A DNA stretch of 64,000 nt from Thermoproteota archaeon (GCA_030550585.1 JAUQPB010000001.1:224001-288000), one strand, 5' to 3'; counted from the stretch's first letter, positions 11,674 through 21,479 are shown. Notes: generated by a model from the letters alone, not told the origin. Program-made: numbers and translations.

Positions 11674-12372
11674 TTACTTTATGTAACATCTATTATCAAT
11701 TCTTTTTATTTCTAGAGAATCAATATAAACATCTATATTGGATAGAAAATCGTTTAAAAATCTTACAGAAACGATTGGAACCCCCTCGAAAACCCATGTT
11801 GATGAAGTATAAAGCGTTATTACTATGGGTATGAAAAGCTTTGTTTTGCGAATTGCAGGAACCTCAGAGGTCACCCACTCACAGTATTTAACCAGTTTGT
11901 CTATTCTAGCCATATGCTCTCTAACAATCTTAGAGACAGAGGATTTTCCAATACGACGCCTCCAATGCTTACACTCAATAATGTACCCCATCTTCTTAAC
12001 CATATCAAGAGCTAGCACATCTATCTGGAACTGCGATATCCTTTTATGTGTATAGCCAGATACATAATCAAGTCCAGCAGACTTTAGCCTTGCCGCTATG
12101 TAATCTTCAAATTCTTTCCACTCTATATAGCTGGCAAACCTCATAACATCTACAGTCATTTTTTCTTCTATCAGCAAGAGAAGTTCAACTGGGTTCACTA
12201 AGTTAATTCGGCTGTTGCTAACAGATATGCATCCTCTTTTCAAACCTTCTACAAAAATCTCCTCTACAAGATTTCTGTCCATAGGCCTCAGAAGCTTTAC
12301 AAACTCTGGTTCAAGTGCTTTATATCTAAACAAGTGTTCTAGCACATCACCAACTGTTATGTAGCTTACCAT
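11674..12372 (-). CDS. PD-(D/E)xK restriction-endonuclease-like protein (Mrr/NERD-like)
   Basis: WKEFEDYI, QIDVLA and IIECKHW. Confidence 0.8.
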   Translation of the reverse strand: MVSYITVGDVLEHLFRYKALEPEFVKLLRPMDRNLVEEIFVEGLKRGCISVSNSRINLVNPVELLLLIEEKMTVDVMRFASYIEWKEFEDYIAARLKSAGLDYVSGYTHKRISQFQIDVLALDMVKKMGYIIECKHWRRRIGKSSVSKIVREHMARIDKLVKYCEWVTSEVPAIRKTKLFIPIVITLYTSSTWVFEGVPIVSVRFLNDFLSNIDVYIDSLEIKRIDNRCYIK

Positions 12373-12376
12373 CTTA

Positions 12377-13399
12377 TCACATTTCCCCTTTCTCTACAAC
12401 CTCTACCCCAGTTGATTCAATACCTGTAGCAACTATTGTGGCACCCAAAGCCTCGGCAACTCTCTTCAATATGTTTGCATGTTCCTCATCTCTTGCAAGA
12501 GCTATAAACGCGCCTCCACCACCAGCACCAGATGTCTTTGCTCCTAGGGCTCCAGCACCCCTAAGGGTGTTTACTATTGTGTGATGCTCTAGGCTAACAA
12601 CACCTAGCGAATCTAAAAGCCCATGGTTCAAGTTCATAAGAATTCCAATTCTTTCAGCATCTCCTTGTAGAATACTACTGCGAGCCTCTTCAACGATACT
12701 GCCAATAGCATCTACAATCTTGCTTGCGCTTATAGAGCTCTTCAAAAGTTTCTTCACATTCGATACTAGAACAGCTGTTGTCGACTTTTTTGGCGTATAT
12801 CCAACAATAAGATTCATTTTTGTTGGCGTTGGCAGAGGCTCTGCCTTGGGGGTAGCAGGATCTATATATCTAATGCCACCAAAAGTTATGGTGTAGGTGT
12901 CCATCGGGCTTGCCACTCCCTGAACAATTTGCTCTGTTCTCCATGAAAGCTTTGCTATAAGGCTTTTCTCAATCTCTGTTGTTGAAAGATATGTTGATAG
13001 ACATAATGTGGTTGTGGCAACAGATACCGCTGCTGATGTTCCTAACCCTACGCCTGTTGGAACAGGACTCTTTAGGTACATTATAAAGCCTCTTCTTCTA
13101 CCTGGTTTAACCTCATCCTCGCACAATCCAATAGCTGTTGCAATATAGCTGACAAATCTTTTTGCAACATCGTTGTCTACCTCAGTTTTGCTAAAAAGAT
13201 TGTCTTCTCTGTTAAACTCTATTTTTCTTATGGGTAGCAACACATTGTTGAATTCTACAACAATTTTCTGCTCATGAACATCCATAGCCTCGACAAGAAT
13301 GTGTAATGGTAGTGTAAATGCTATTGCAGGCTTTCCATAGACTACAGCATGCTCGCCAAACAATGTTGCCTTCAGCGGCACTTTGATAAGCATTTTCAA
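12377..13399 (-). CDS. mvk: mevalonate kinase
   Basis: LFGEHAVVYG, PTGVGLGTSAA and KTSGAGGGG GHMP motifs. Confidence 0.93.
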   Translation of the reverse strand: MKMLIKVPLKATLFGEHAVVYGKPAIAFTLPLHILVEAMDVHEQKIVVEFNNVLLPIRKIEFNREDNLFSKTEVDNDVAKRFVSYIATAIGLCEDEVKPGRRRGFIMYLKSPVPTGVGLGTSAAVSVATTTLCLSTYLSTTEIEKSLIAKLSWRTEQIVQGVASPMDTYTITFGGIRYIDPATPKAEPLPTPTKMNLIVGYTPKKSTTAVLVSNVKKLLKSSISASKIVDAIGSIVEEARSSILQGDAERIGILMNLNHGLLDSLGVVSLEHHTIVNTLRGAGALGAKTSGAGGGGAFIALARDEEHANILKRVAEALGATIVATGIESTGVEVVEKGEM

Positions 13400-13442
13400 A
13401 TGTTTTGCACCAGTCGATTTGGGTTAAAGCCGGTTTTGATCA

Positions 13443-13497
13443 TGTCAGAGGAGGTTCATAACATCATCGCATCAGTGTGGGCAACAGATCATCATTG
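13443..13497 (-). ncRNA. C/D box sRNA overlapping the thrS stop codon
   Basis: Minus strand ATGATGA-tctgttgcccaca-CTGA-tgcg-ATGATGT-tatgaacctcct-CTGA: all four boxes with 12-13 nt guides. Confidence 0.85.
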
Positions 13498-15354
13498 TGA
13501 TTTCACTGGCTGTAGATAGCTTAGCGACGGTCTCTTACTCACATATATAGGCATGGCCATGTCTATTTTTGGGTATCCTTCTAATTCCTTCTCAAGCATT
13601 TTAATAAGCTCTTCTACATTCATGCTCTTTTGGACTCCTGTAGCTCTTATTCTGACATTCACTGTACCCGTACTCACTTCTCTTTCACCAACTACAATCA
13701 CATATGGTATCCACTCAACCCCTGCATCACGAATCTTTTTACCAAGGCTCTCATCTCTGTCGTCGACGTCTACCCTGATACCATATGACAACAGTTTTTG
13801 TGCAATCTGTGTGGCATACTCCAGATACTCTTTTGACACGGGGATTACCCTTACTTGTATTGGTGAAAGCCAGAGTGGTAGTGTTGGAGGTACACCCTCC
13901 TTCTCCTTCTTTGCTATGGTATCGAAAACCATGTATATATATCTCTCTACAGATCCTATGATGGCTGTGTGTATTATAACAGGATACTTCTCATTTCCAT
14001 TCTCATCAACGTATTTGATGTTGAATCTCTTCGCATTTCCAACATCTATTTGCCACGTGGCTATTTCTCTTGGTCTGTTAAGCTCGTCGATAATCACATA
14101 CTCAACATTTATGACCCAGTAGTACATCCCTGCTGGATATACTGTTACCAGAACCGGCCTGCCCTCGCTTTTGACTAGCTCCACAATGTAGTCAAAGTTT
14201 GTTTTGAGGAAATCCTCTGTGATGTTATATATCGCTAGATACTCCCTTCCAATCTTCTTTGCCTCCTCAACGATCTTGCTCCTCACTAGAAGAGCTATTT
14301 TCTTTGCCTCCTCAAGATCTTTGGTCAATATGTGCAGATCTGGCATGTGAAATCTTCTCAATCTGAATCCTAGTACCAGCTCACCGCTTTGCTCATATCT
14401 GTAGCTGTCAGCCACTTCAAACATGCCCAGCGGCAAGTCTTTATAGCTTAGAACCCAGTCTTTTAATATGGAGAACTGCTGATAGCATGCAGCAAATCTT
14501 AGAATGAATCTGTCTGTATCCATTCTGACCTCGTACATTCTCTCGCCAAACAACTCAGCATGTTGCCTCACAGGCTCCGCCACTAGACTAAACATGTTTG
14601 TTCCCTTAACTCTGAAGACCGGTATACCGAGACTGCTTGCGGTTTTCCATGAGTACTGAGATACAGCCTCGAATATCACAGTTGCATGTGGTTCAAACCT
14701 CATGTGACCTCTATCCGATAGCTCCTCCCATTCAAAACCAAATTTCTTGAGGTATTGATATACCCTGCCCTGGCCACCCTCAGCCTCTTTTCTAAAAACC
14801 TCTTTCTCAACAAGAACTTTGAATTCATCGTCTTTGAATTCGTACTCCTCAGGCTTTACAAGTTTACCATCAGGTGTTAGAATATAATATTTTTTCTCTA
14901 TAGTCCTCCTAGCACCCTCTTCAACAGGTTTTATTGTCTTTGACAACTCGCTTAGGGGATGGCCATAGCAGTGAAGCTTAAACTCCTTGTACCAGCCAAA
15001 GGCCGCTCTATAAACTTTTTCAACTCCAATGGACGATCTAAGCCTATCTGCTAAGGCATTTAGAATCTTTTTTGCGGCCCCAGGTGGAGCTAGAGATTGT
15101 GATAGATGTGCATATGGATAGACAAGAATAGCTTGTGCATTAACATTCTTGTAAACGTTTAAGATTTCGTTTGCAGCCTTTTCAACAACTACTTCAATGT
15201 TTTTCTCGTCACCTTCTTCAACACTTGTAAACACAACGAGAACATTTTCAAGATGCTTCTCTGCAATATCATCCGACAACTCATCGGCGTTTTCAACAGC
15301 TTTTTCTTTTGCTTTGAACCAAAAATCCTTAGCGTGTATAAGCAGTAGACGCAA
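13492..15354 (-). CDS. thrS: threonyl-tRNA synthetase with fused archaeal N-terminal editing domain
   Basis: MRLLLIH, YPYAHLS, GHPLSELS, LRFAAC, RLRRFHMPDLH, IIHTAIIGSVER and anticodon-binding domain. Confidence 0.97.
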   Translation of the reverse strand: MRLLLIHAKDFWFKAKEKAVENADELSDDIAEKHLENVLVVFTSVEEGDEKNIEVVVEKAANEILNVYKNVNAQAILVYPYAHLSQSLAPPGAAKKILNALADRLRSSIGVEKVYRAAFGWYKEFKLHCYGHPLSELSKTIKPVEEGARRTIEKKYYILTPDGKLVKPEEYEFKDDEFKVLVEKEVFRKEAEGGQGRVYQYLKKFGFEWEELSDRGHMRFEPHATVIFEAVSQYSWKTASSLGIPVFRVKGTNMFSLVAEPVRQHAELFGERMYEVRMDTDRFILRFAACYQQFSILKDWVLSYKDLPLGMFEVADSYRYEQSGELVLGFRLRRFHMPDLHILTKDLEEAKKIALLVRSKIVEEAKKIGREYLAIYNITEDFLKTNFDYIVELVKSEGRPVLVTVYPAGMYYWVINVEYVIIDELNRPREIATWQIDVGNAKRFNIKYVDENGNEKYPVIIHTAIIGSVERYIYMVFDTIAKKEKEGVPPTLPLWLSPIQVRVIPVSKEYLEYATQIAQKLLSYGIRVDVDDRDESLGKKIRDAGVEWIPYVIVVGEREVSTGTVNVRIRATGVQKSMNVEELIKMLEKELEGYPKIDMAMPIYVSKRPSLSYLQPVKSQ

Positions 15355-15501
15355 GTATGTTGCACCACATTGTTTAGGTGGGTGTATGCTAGCTTAAGCA
15401 ACTCTTCTAGACTCAATATAAGGTTTTTTGGAGATTCTGTTTCGGGCTAGACTCTAACAATATATTAGCTTTTTTCGAATGTATAAAACTCAGAAATTTG
15501 G

Positions 15502-16467
15502 GTGAAAATAGTGGTAACAGAAGAGAAGAAGGTGAAGAGCCTAGAGGAGCTTGGCATATCATCGACCATACTGAAAAAGCTTCAGGAAATGGGGATAACC
15601 ACCGTAGAGGCCTTGGCAGCTGCTAACCCGCAAGAGCTTAGCCAAAACCTTGCCATACCCCTTCCAACAATACAGAAGCTGGTCTCCCAGGCTAGAGCAG
15701 CTCTTGGACTTGGATTCAAAACTGCTTTAGAGATAAAGAAAGAGAGAATGAGCCTACCGAAGATAACCACTGGAAGCAAGAATCTAGATAATCTACTCGG
15801 TGGGGGTGTGGAGGTGAAGACAATAACAGAGTTCTTCGGAGAGTTTGGAAGTGGCAAAACCCAGTTGTGCCACCAGCTAGCAGTGAATGTGCAGCTACCG
15901 CTTGAGAAAGGCGGCTTAGGTAAAAAGGCTATATATATAGATACTGAGGGGACGTTCAGATGGGAGAGAATAGAGGCTATGGCCAGAGGGCTTGGCCTTG
16001 ACCCGGATAAGACCATGGAGAACATACTCTATGTCAGAGCTGTTAACAGCGACCACCAAATGGCTGTTGTTGAAGAGCTGAAGGATTTGATACCAAAAGA
16101 GGACATTGGGCTTGTAGTTGTAGACTCCGTAACAGGTCACTTCAGAGCTGAGTATCCAGGCCGAGAAAACCTTGCTGTTAGACAGCAAAAACTCAATAGA
16201 CATCTGCATCAGTTAATGTCGTTGGCAGAGCTATTCGATGTTGCTGTTGTTATAACCAACCAGGTTATGGCAAGACCAGATGTATTCTATGGAGATCCAA
16301 CAACTGCTATAGGAGGCCATGTGCTATATCATGCGCCTGGAATCAGAGTCCAGCTGAAGAAGAGTAGGGGCAATAGAAGAATAGCTAGAATAGTTGATGC
16401 ACCCCACCTACCAGAGAGCGAAGCTGTTTTCGCAATAACTGAGGTTGGTGTGAGAGACCCAGAATAA
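15502..16467 (+). CDS. radA: DNA repair and recombination protein RadA
   Basis: FKTA polymerisation motif, [31 protein letters not shown] and DAPHLPE. Confidence 0.98.
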   Translation: MKIVVTEEKKVKSLEELGISSTILKKLQEMGITTVEALAAANPQELSQNLAIPLPTIQKLVSQARAALGLGFKTALEIKKERMSLPKITTGSKNLDNLLGGGVEVKTITEFFGEFGSGKTQLCHQLAVNVQLPLEKGGLGKKAIYIDTEGTFRWERIEAMARGLGLDPDKTMENILYVRAVNSDHQMAVVEELKDLIPKEDIGLVVVDSVTGHFRAEYPGRENLAVRQQKLNRHLHQLMSLAELFDVAVVITNQVMARPDVFYGDPTTAIGGHVLYHAPGIRVQLKKSRGNRRIARIVDAPHLPESEAVFAITEVGVRDPE

Positions 16468-16518
16468 ATCGCTTTGTCCAAGACCCATATAAGATCATGT
16501 ATAGTGTGAGATTCAACA

Positions 16519-17286
16519 TTGCAGACAGGTATTTTGGAGGAAATCGTCATAGCTTCTATCGCAATACTAACCTTTGTTGTTGCAGGCGTTTTTGATTGGA
16601 GGAATAGAGAAGTTGATCCAAGGATATGGATAGCACCAATAGTTGTGGGCATAATCTTCAATTTCTTCTACATTACCTTCCAAGCCTACGATAAAACAAT
16701 TCTGCTGTTCCAAATAGGCATTGCAGTATTTTTTGTTTTAACAATAGCTATTCTGGTTTTTGTTGTGAACTTGCTTGGTGGTGCAGACTTCATGGCTATA
16801 TCAACATTTGTTGCTTTATACCCATTCAACAGACTTGCTATAGCTAAGAGTGTTGTGCTTGGAAATAGATGTGTTTTTCTATTCAACTTGTTTCCACCTG
16901 TTCTATGGCTTCTAGCAATATATTCTATGATCATGCTATTCATCATTATAAGGAATGTTATACACAATCTGTTTGTATATAGGAGCATTAAGGAGATGAG
17001 AATTCCCATCCATAAAAAGGTTTTTTATATGGCGTTCAACAGGTTTATGACTGTTGATGAATATATGAGGAAGAGGTTCTATTACCCTGTCTATGTTCCG
17101 GGGGTTGTTGACAGAGTTACTTTTGATATATATGAGGATGATGCTGATTGGAAAAAGAAGTTAGGGGTGCTACCCAAAGACACTATAATTGTTGTTTCGT
17201 GGGGGATACCAATGGTTTCCTTCCTGTCTATTTCAGCAACAATCTATATAGTGATGTATGTTCTGTTTTATCTATCTATTGCTTGA
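16519..17286 (+). CDS. A24 family prepilin/prearchaellin peptidase (PibD/FlaK-like)
   Basis: FDWRNREV, LGGADF and C-terminal VSWGIPMV; TM helices. Confidence 0.82.
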   Translation: MQTGILEEIVIASIAILTFVVAGVFDWRNREVDPRIWIAPIVVGIIFNFFYITFQAYDKTILLFQIGIAVFFVLTIAILVFVVNLLGGADFMAISTFVALYPFNRLAIAKSVVLGNRCVFLFNLFPPVLWLLAIYSMIMLFIIIRNVIHNLFVYRSIKEMRIPIHKKVFYMAFNRFMTVDEYMRKRFYYPVYVPGVVDRVTFDIYEDDADWKKKLGVLPKDTIIVVSWGIPMVSFLSISATIYIVMYVLFYLSIA

Positions 17287-17379
17287 TTTGTGATAAAGCT
17301 TTAATAGTTGCTTTGACTATTGTTGCAAACTGAGAAATAGTTTGGCCTAGGGTGGCTACAGGTAGTGTTTAGTGGAAGA

Positions 17380-17865
17380 ATGGTTTTGTGGGCTCCTTGG
17401 AGAGAATCCTATGTGGTACAGCAATATAGTGGTGAGTGCATATTTTGTAAAGCTGTAAACCAAGATGATCTGGCCAACTATGTTGTTTACAGATCCAAGC
17501 ATAGCATAGCTCTTCTCAACAAGTATCCTTATAACAATGGGCATGTGATGGTTGCCCCAATAAAGCATGTACCAAGTCTTGAGATGCTTTCCGACGATGA
17601 GTTGCTCGATCTTGCAAAAACTGTGTCAATTGTTTTAAAGGCTCTTAGAAAGTGTTATAATCCACATGGCTTTAATATTGGAGCCAACATTGGGAGGGCT
17701 GCTGGAGCAGGTATAGAGGGGCATCTACACATACACATAGTTCCTAGGTGGAACGGAGACACAAACTTCATGCCTGTTATAGCAAATACCAAGGTCATTC
17801 CAGAAGACCTCAACGTAAGCTGGAAGAAAATTAGAAGTTGCTTAGAGGATGTATCCTCAGATTAG
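17380..17865 (+). CDS. HIT family hydrolase (Ap4A hydrolase/phosphorylase-like)
   Basis: LWAPWR, CIFC, NKYPYNNGH and HLHIHIVPRW. Confidence 0.93.
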   Translation: MVLWAPWRESYVVQQYSGECIFCKAVNQDDLANYVVYRSKHSIALLNKYPYNNGHVMVAPIKHVPSLEMLSDDELLDLAKTVSIVLKALRKCYNPHGFNIGANIGRAAGAGIEGHLHIHIVPRWNGDTNFMPVIANTKVIPEDLNVSWKKIRSCLEDVSSD

Positions 17866-17907
17866 AGCCCATCATCACACATCAGATTTGCTACATAACA
17901 TCATCTA
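17855..17907 (-). ncRNA. C/D box sRNA
   Basis: Minus strand ATGATGT-tatgtagcaaat-CTGA-tgt-GTGATGA-tgggctctaat-CTGA. Confidence 0.8.
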
Positions 17908-18039
17908 TAGTTAACTGCATTTTCGTCCAACCTCTTCTAACAGTTCATTGATTAAAATTCTTATCTGATCCAAAGTATTTGAGCCTCTTTATAAAAAATT
18001 TATAAGGATATGCATGGGATATTATAACGGTGTATAGCT

Positions 18040-18672
18040 GTGGCCCAGACACAACAGCTATCAACTAGCGAAATTGTTAAGAAGACTTCAGCGGCATTAG
18101 TAAGTGTTGTGCTCTATGTAGTACTCTACGTACTAGTCTCAGCCCTCGCCCACTACCTGATGACCGAACTATTACCAAGATACGGAATAGCTGTTGCCAA
18201 TTACGAGGTCTATGTACAGATCCTGCTAGCACTTGCATTCGGCTATATGATAGTAAACGGTGTAGCAACATTCTTCTACTGGTCAACAAGAGCAAAATAC
18301 GATCATCCGACGGCGGCCGCTATTAGAAACGTTGTTAGAATTATTGGCGTTGGCGCAATGATCGCAGCAATAGCTGGTGGTGTCGCCGGGGGAGCAGCTG
18401 GAGTAGCACTAGGAGGCTTCCTAGGCATGGTAATAGGCTTTGCATCCCAGCAGGTACTCGGACAAGCAATTGCAGGACTCTTCCTACTAATCTCAAGACC
18501 CTTCAGAATAGGTGATGCTGTCGTCATAGCCGGTGAAGATGGTGTAGTAGACGATGTTGCAACACTATTCACAACAGTAATCAAAGCAGATGGAACAAAG
18601 GTTCTAATACCAAACAATTCAATAGTAGGAAGCAAAATATATCTAAAGCCAAAACAACAACCAAAACAATAA
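18040..18672 (+). CDS. small-conductance mechanosensitive channel (MscS family)
   Basis: GFASQQVLGQAIAGLFL, RPFRIGD and VLIPN. Confidence 0.9.
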   Translation: MAQTQQLSTSEIVKKTSAALVSVVLYVVLYVLVSALAHYLMTELLPRYGIAVANYEVYVQILLALAFGYMIVNGVATFFYWSTRAKYDHPTAAAIRNVVRIIGVGAMIAAIAGGVAGGAAGVALGGFLGMVIGFASQQVLGQAIAGLFLLISRPFRIGDAVVIAGEDGVVDDVATLFTTVIKADGTKVLIPNNSIVGSKIYLKPKQQPKQ

Positions 18673-18796
18673 CAAAACATTTTTTAATCTTCTAATCCTC
18701 AAACCCATTCTCCATCAGAACAACTAAAATCCACTTCATAGAAAACACAACACTGAAATAACCCACAAAACAAGTAAAACTAGGATAAATCACTAA

Positions 18797-18874
18797 GGGC
18801 CCGTAGCCCAGCCAGGACAGGGCGCCGGCCTCCGGAGCCGGAGGTCCCGGGTTCAAATCCCGGCGGGCCCGCCA
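18797..18874 (+). tRNA. tRNA-Arg(CCG), intronless, CCA encoded
   Basis: Acceptor stem GGGCCCG/CGGGCCC, anticodon arm CCGGC-CT-CCG-GA-GCCGG, T-arm CCGGG-TTCAAAT-CCCGG, 3' GCCA. Confidence 0.96.
18830..18874 (+). repeat. attL (tRNA 3' half)
   Basis: ctccggagccggaggtcccgggttcaaatcccggcgggcccgcca. Confidence 0.92.
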
Positions 18875-18915
18875 GTTTTTAATCACTCAAGTAAAAAAGC
18901 TTATTAACTCTCCTA

Positions 18916-18947
18916 ATGTTTCAGTTTCATGGTGCAGGCTGAAACAT
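18916..18947. promoter_or_regulatory. palindromic site TGTTTCAG-N14-CTGAAACA over the integrase start
   Basis: Same arms and spacing recur at 35896-35925. Confidence 0.7.
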
Positions 18948-20236
18948 CAGGCGTGATAGCTTTGAGTGATGGTAGTTCTGAATGGTGGAATAGGATAAAT
19001 GTCTCAAAGATTGATGAAGACTCACGCTACAAGATTCTCTCCTATTTAGTCGAGAAATATGGGAGGAAGAAGGTAATGGAGGAAGCAGGTATTAGCCGTG
19101 TGACGCTGTGGAGATTGCTAAACCGGGTATCCCCGGTAGACCCAGAGTACATAGTCCCACTCCTCAAGCTCCTCACGCAGACAGAGTTTGAGAGTTTAGT
19201 ATCGGCGAAGAACAGACTCAGATCCCTCGGCATAATGAGAGACGATGGAACTGTAGACTACAGTCTGGTCTTGGAAATACTATCCATAGCTAGGAGCGAT
19301 GAATATCTTAAGAACGCTGTACTGAGGTTTGTCGTCCAAGAGTTTAAGGAAGATATTAGGAAAATGCTCGGGATAAGCTTCACAGGTATAAAGCTTGAGT
19401 GGAGTGAAGACTTCGAAAACTTTCTTGTGGAACGTAAGAAGCGTAGAAAGGTGAGAGACCCAGAGACCGTAAAGTACTACAGAAACCTCTTCAAGAGATA
19501 CCTAGAAGGAAAAGAACTCTCCGAAGAACTAATAGACTACATTGTTAGACACCAGAACAAATGGCTTAGGAACGTGTTCAGACACTACGTACAGTACCTA
19601 TACCATAAGAGAAGAATTCCCCCAGAAACCTTCGGCTGGATAATGGAGGTAGTCCCCTCAAGAGGGTATAGACTAGACGTAAGACCCTACCAGATCTCCA
19701 TAGAAGATGTTAGGAAGACCCTAGAGTTCTTGAAGGAGAACCACAAGACATACTACACAGTATACAGAGCAATGCTTGAGTCTGGAGCAAGGTTCGAACA
19801 CGTACTGGAGATGATAAGGACGTGGAACCCTAGAGAAACTGTAGTTATAGAGTCCATAGACCTAGAGGTGGAGAGGTTAGTGTGCTTCGATAGGTTCTGC
19901 AGGTACTACCTAGGTCTCAGAGGTCACCAGAAACCGTGTGAATGGATATACATGTCTAGAGGTACTATAGAGCTCTTGAAAACACTAGCACCCAAAGATA
20001 TTGATAGGAATAGTGTTAGAAGGTATGCCAGGAGGTATAGCCTAACCCTGCCGAAGATGTTTAGGAAAGTCTCATGGAGGATAATGGTTCAGACTATGCC
20101 TAGGGAGGTAGCGAGGTTTATCCAGAGCAGGTTCGGAGAACTAAGGGTAAGTGAGGCGAGGTACGAAGACCTCCTATCAGAGGCAGATGAACACTACCCA
20201 AAATACCTAGAAAAATTGGGAGAAGCTCAATTTTAG
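18929..20236 (+). CDS. int: tyrosine integrase with N-terminal HTH
   Basis: GISRVTLWRLL HTH; catalytic ESGAR, KMFR, FIQSR and SEARY; adjacent to att. Confidence 0.92.
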   Translation: MVQAETSGVIALSDGSSEWWNRINVSKIDEDSRYKILSYLVEKYGRKKVMEEAGISRVTLWRLLNRVSPVDPEYIVPLLKLLTQTEFESLVSAKNRLRSLGIMRDDGTVDYSLVLEILSIARSDEYLKNAVLRFVVQEFKEDIRKMLGISFTGIKLEWSEDFENFLVERKKRRKVRDPETVKYYRNLFKRYLEGKELSEELIDYIVRHQNKWLRNVFRHYVQYLYHKRRIPPETFGWIMEVVPSRGYRLDVRPYQISIEDVRKTLEFLKENHKTYYTVYRAMLESGARFEHVLEMIRTWNPRETVVIESIDLEVERLVCFDRFCRYYLGLRGHQKPCEWIYMSRGTIELLKTLAPKDIDRNSVRRYARRYSLTLPKMFRKVSWRIMVQTMPREVARFIQSRFGELRVSEARYEDLLSEADEHYPKYLEKLGEAQF

Positions 20237-20238
20237 TA

Positions 20239-20445
20239 TGACCCCTCCCTACCCTAGGGTGCGAGGATCCGGGGAAGTTTAGAGCTACACTCTCGGTTCA
20301 GTCTGCGTCTGGTTTCAGGCGCATTACCGTTCCTGCATAGAGCTGAGCCCGGAGGTGTGGCTTTGTTTTCTCGATGCATAGTAGAGGATACATAGCTTAA
20401 ACCTTACCACACCATCCCCCGCCCTAAAGTGCGAGGCTTTCAGGT
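20239..20445 (-). mobile_element. IS200/IS605-derived non-autonomous element (PATE/MITE)
   Basis: Two related sub-terminal hairpin motifs, ccctaccctagggtgcgagg (20247-20266) and ccccgccctaaagtgcgagg (20417-20436); no ORF between them. Confidence 0.6.
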
Positions 20446-20470
20446 TGCAATATAAATGTATTAATAACAT

Positions 20471-21115
20471 TCATAGGTCGCAGATAGACCCCTTCACAAC
20501 CACCAAAAGAAAACTCTTAATCTCTTCCAATCCATTGATGAGGTAAATACTAACACGAGACTTATCCTCCATTTGTAGAGCTAGTAGCGCTGGAAGAATA
20601 TACATGTCCAGAGAAGTAAATACACCATCCCCCTCAAGATATACCAACCCGGCAAGATTACCAGGAAACCACGGAGCAGACCACCGATACACCCCCAAAT
20701 CCACCCTAGTATCCAACTTTCTACCAAACGAGATAAGATCATCCACAGAATACTTCCATAACACACCACCAACCTCCCCCCTAAGATATCCGTACTCCAA
20801 CACGTCCTCAACCCTACCAACCTCCCTCACCCTCCTAACCACAACCTCGGGAATCTTCTGAACCATTATTCTCTTAGGAGAGAGATAATAACAAAAAACC
20901 GGATCGCAACTTGGAAACTGAGGAAGAACCCTAACCCCATCCAAAGAAAGGAATCTGGATGGGACGTACACCACCTCCCAACCATTAAAAACACGATAAA
21001 GAATTACATAGGTAGACAGAAAACCACCATGACCAAAGTACACATACGGAAACCACACCCCCCTGACCTCCCTAACCACCACACCCACCCACACCAACCC
21101 TATATACACCGACAA
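20471..21115 (-). CDS. hypothetical element protein
   Basis: 214-aa ORF, no recognised motif. Confidence 0.55.
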   Translation of the reverse strand: MSVYIGLVWVGVVVREVRGVWFPYVYFGHGGFLSTYVILYRVFNGWEVVYVPSRFLSLDGVRVLPQFPSCDPVFCYYLSPKRIMVQKIPEVVVRRVREVGRVEDVLEYGYLRGEVGGVLWKYSVDDLISFGRKLDTRVDLGVYRWSAPWFPGNLAGLVYLEGDGVFTSLDMYILPALLALQMEDKSRVSIYLINGLEEIKSFLLVVVKGSICDL

Positions 21116-21122
21116 CTACTGC

Positions 21123-21479
21123 CATGCCGTTATGAGATCCCCCGACATACTGTTATGAGACCCACATCACCCGCCACATCACCCGCCACGGGGCGGCTCA
21201 TGATTACATTTATTATTATGATCAAATAGTATATGTATAGCACACCGTTATGACACCCACAGTTTTCCCACCATCGATTCTTGATCAGGAAATAATTAAA
21301 ATAGTTGAAAACAGACAATACCATGCCGTTATGAGACCCCTAGATATATATACACAATAACAATATTTAGTGAATACTGACATGCCCTTATGAGACCTAC
21401 TGTCATCCGCTTACGAGACCCTACTGATGAACCATTGCCATGCCGTTATGAGACCTTTTGACATACAGTTATGAGACCC
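21123..21479. repeat. iteron-like direct repeats (consensus CATGCCGTTATGAGACCC, about 8 copies) with AT-rich spacer; putative ori
   Basis: Copies near 21123, 21146, 21241, 21322, 21381, 21404, 21439 and 21462, all in the same orientation. Confidence 0.8.

Noticed and set aside
13553-16209. long antisense ORFs opposite thrS and radA (and similar ones opposite ilvD, nreA and the surface protein)
   Set aside because: Shadow frames of well-supported genes, with Ser/Leu-rich non-protein-like composition
18692-18886. 64-aa minus-strand ORF
   Set aside because: Antisense translation of the tRNA (WRARRDLNPGPP is the classic artefact)
21123-21479. CRISPR array interpretation of the repeats
   Set aside because: Repeats are about 18 bp, degenerate and irregularly spaced (about 23-95 bp); no cas genes nearby
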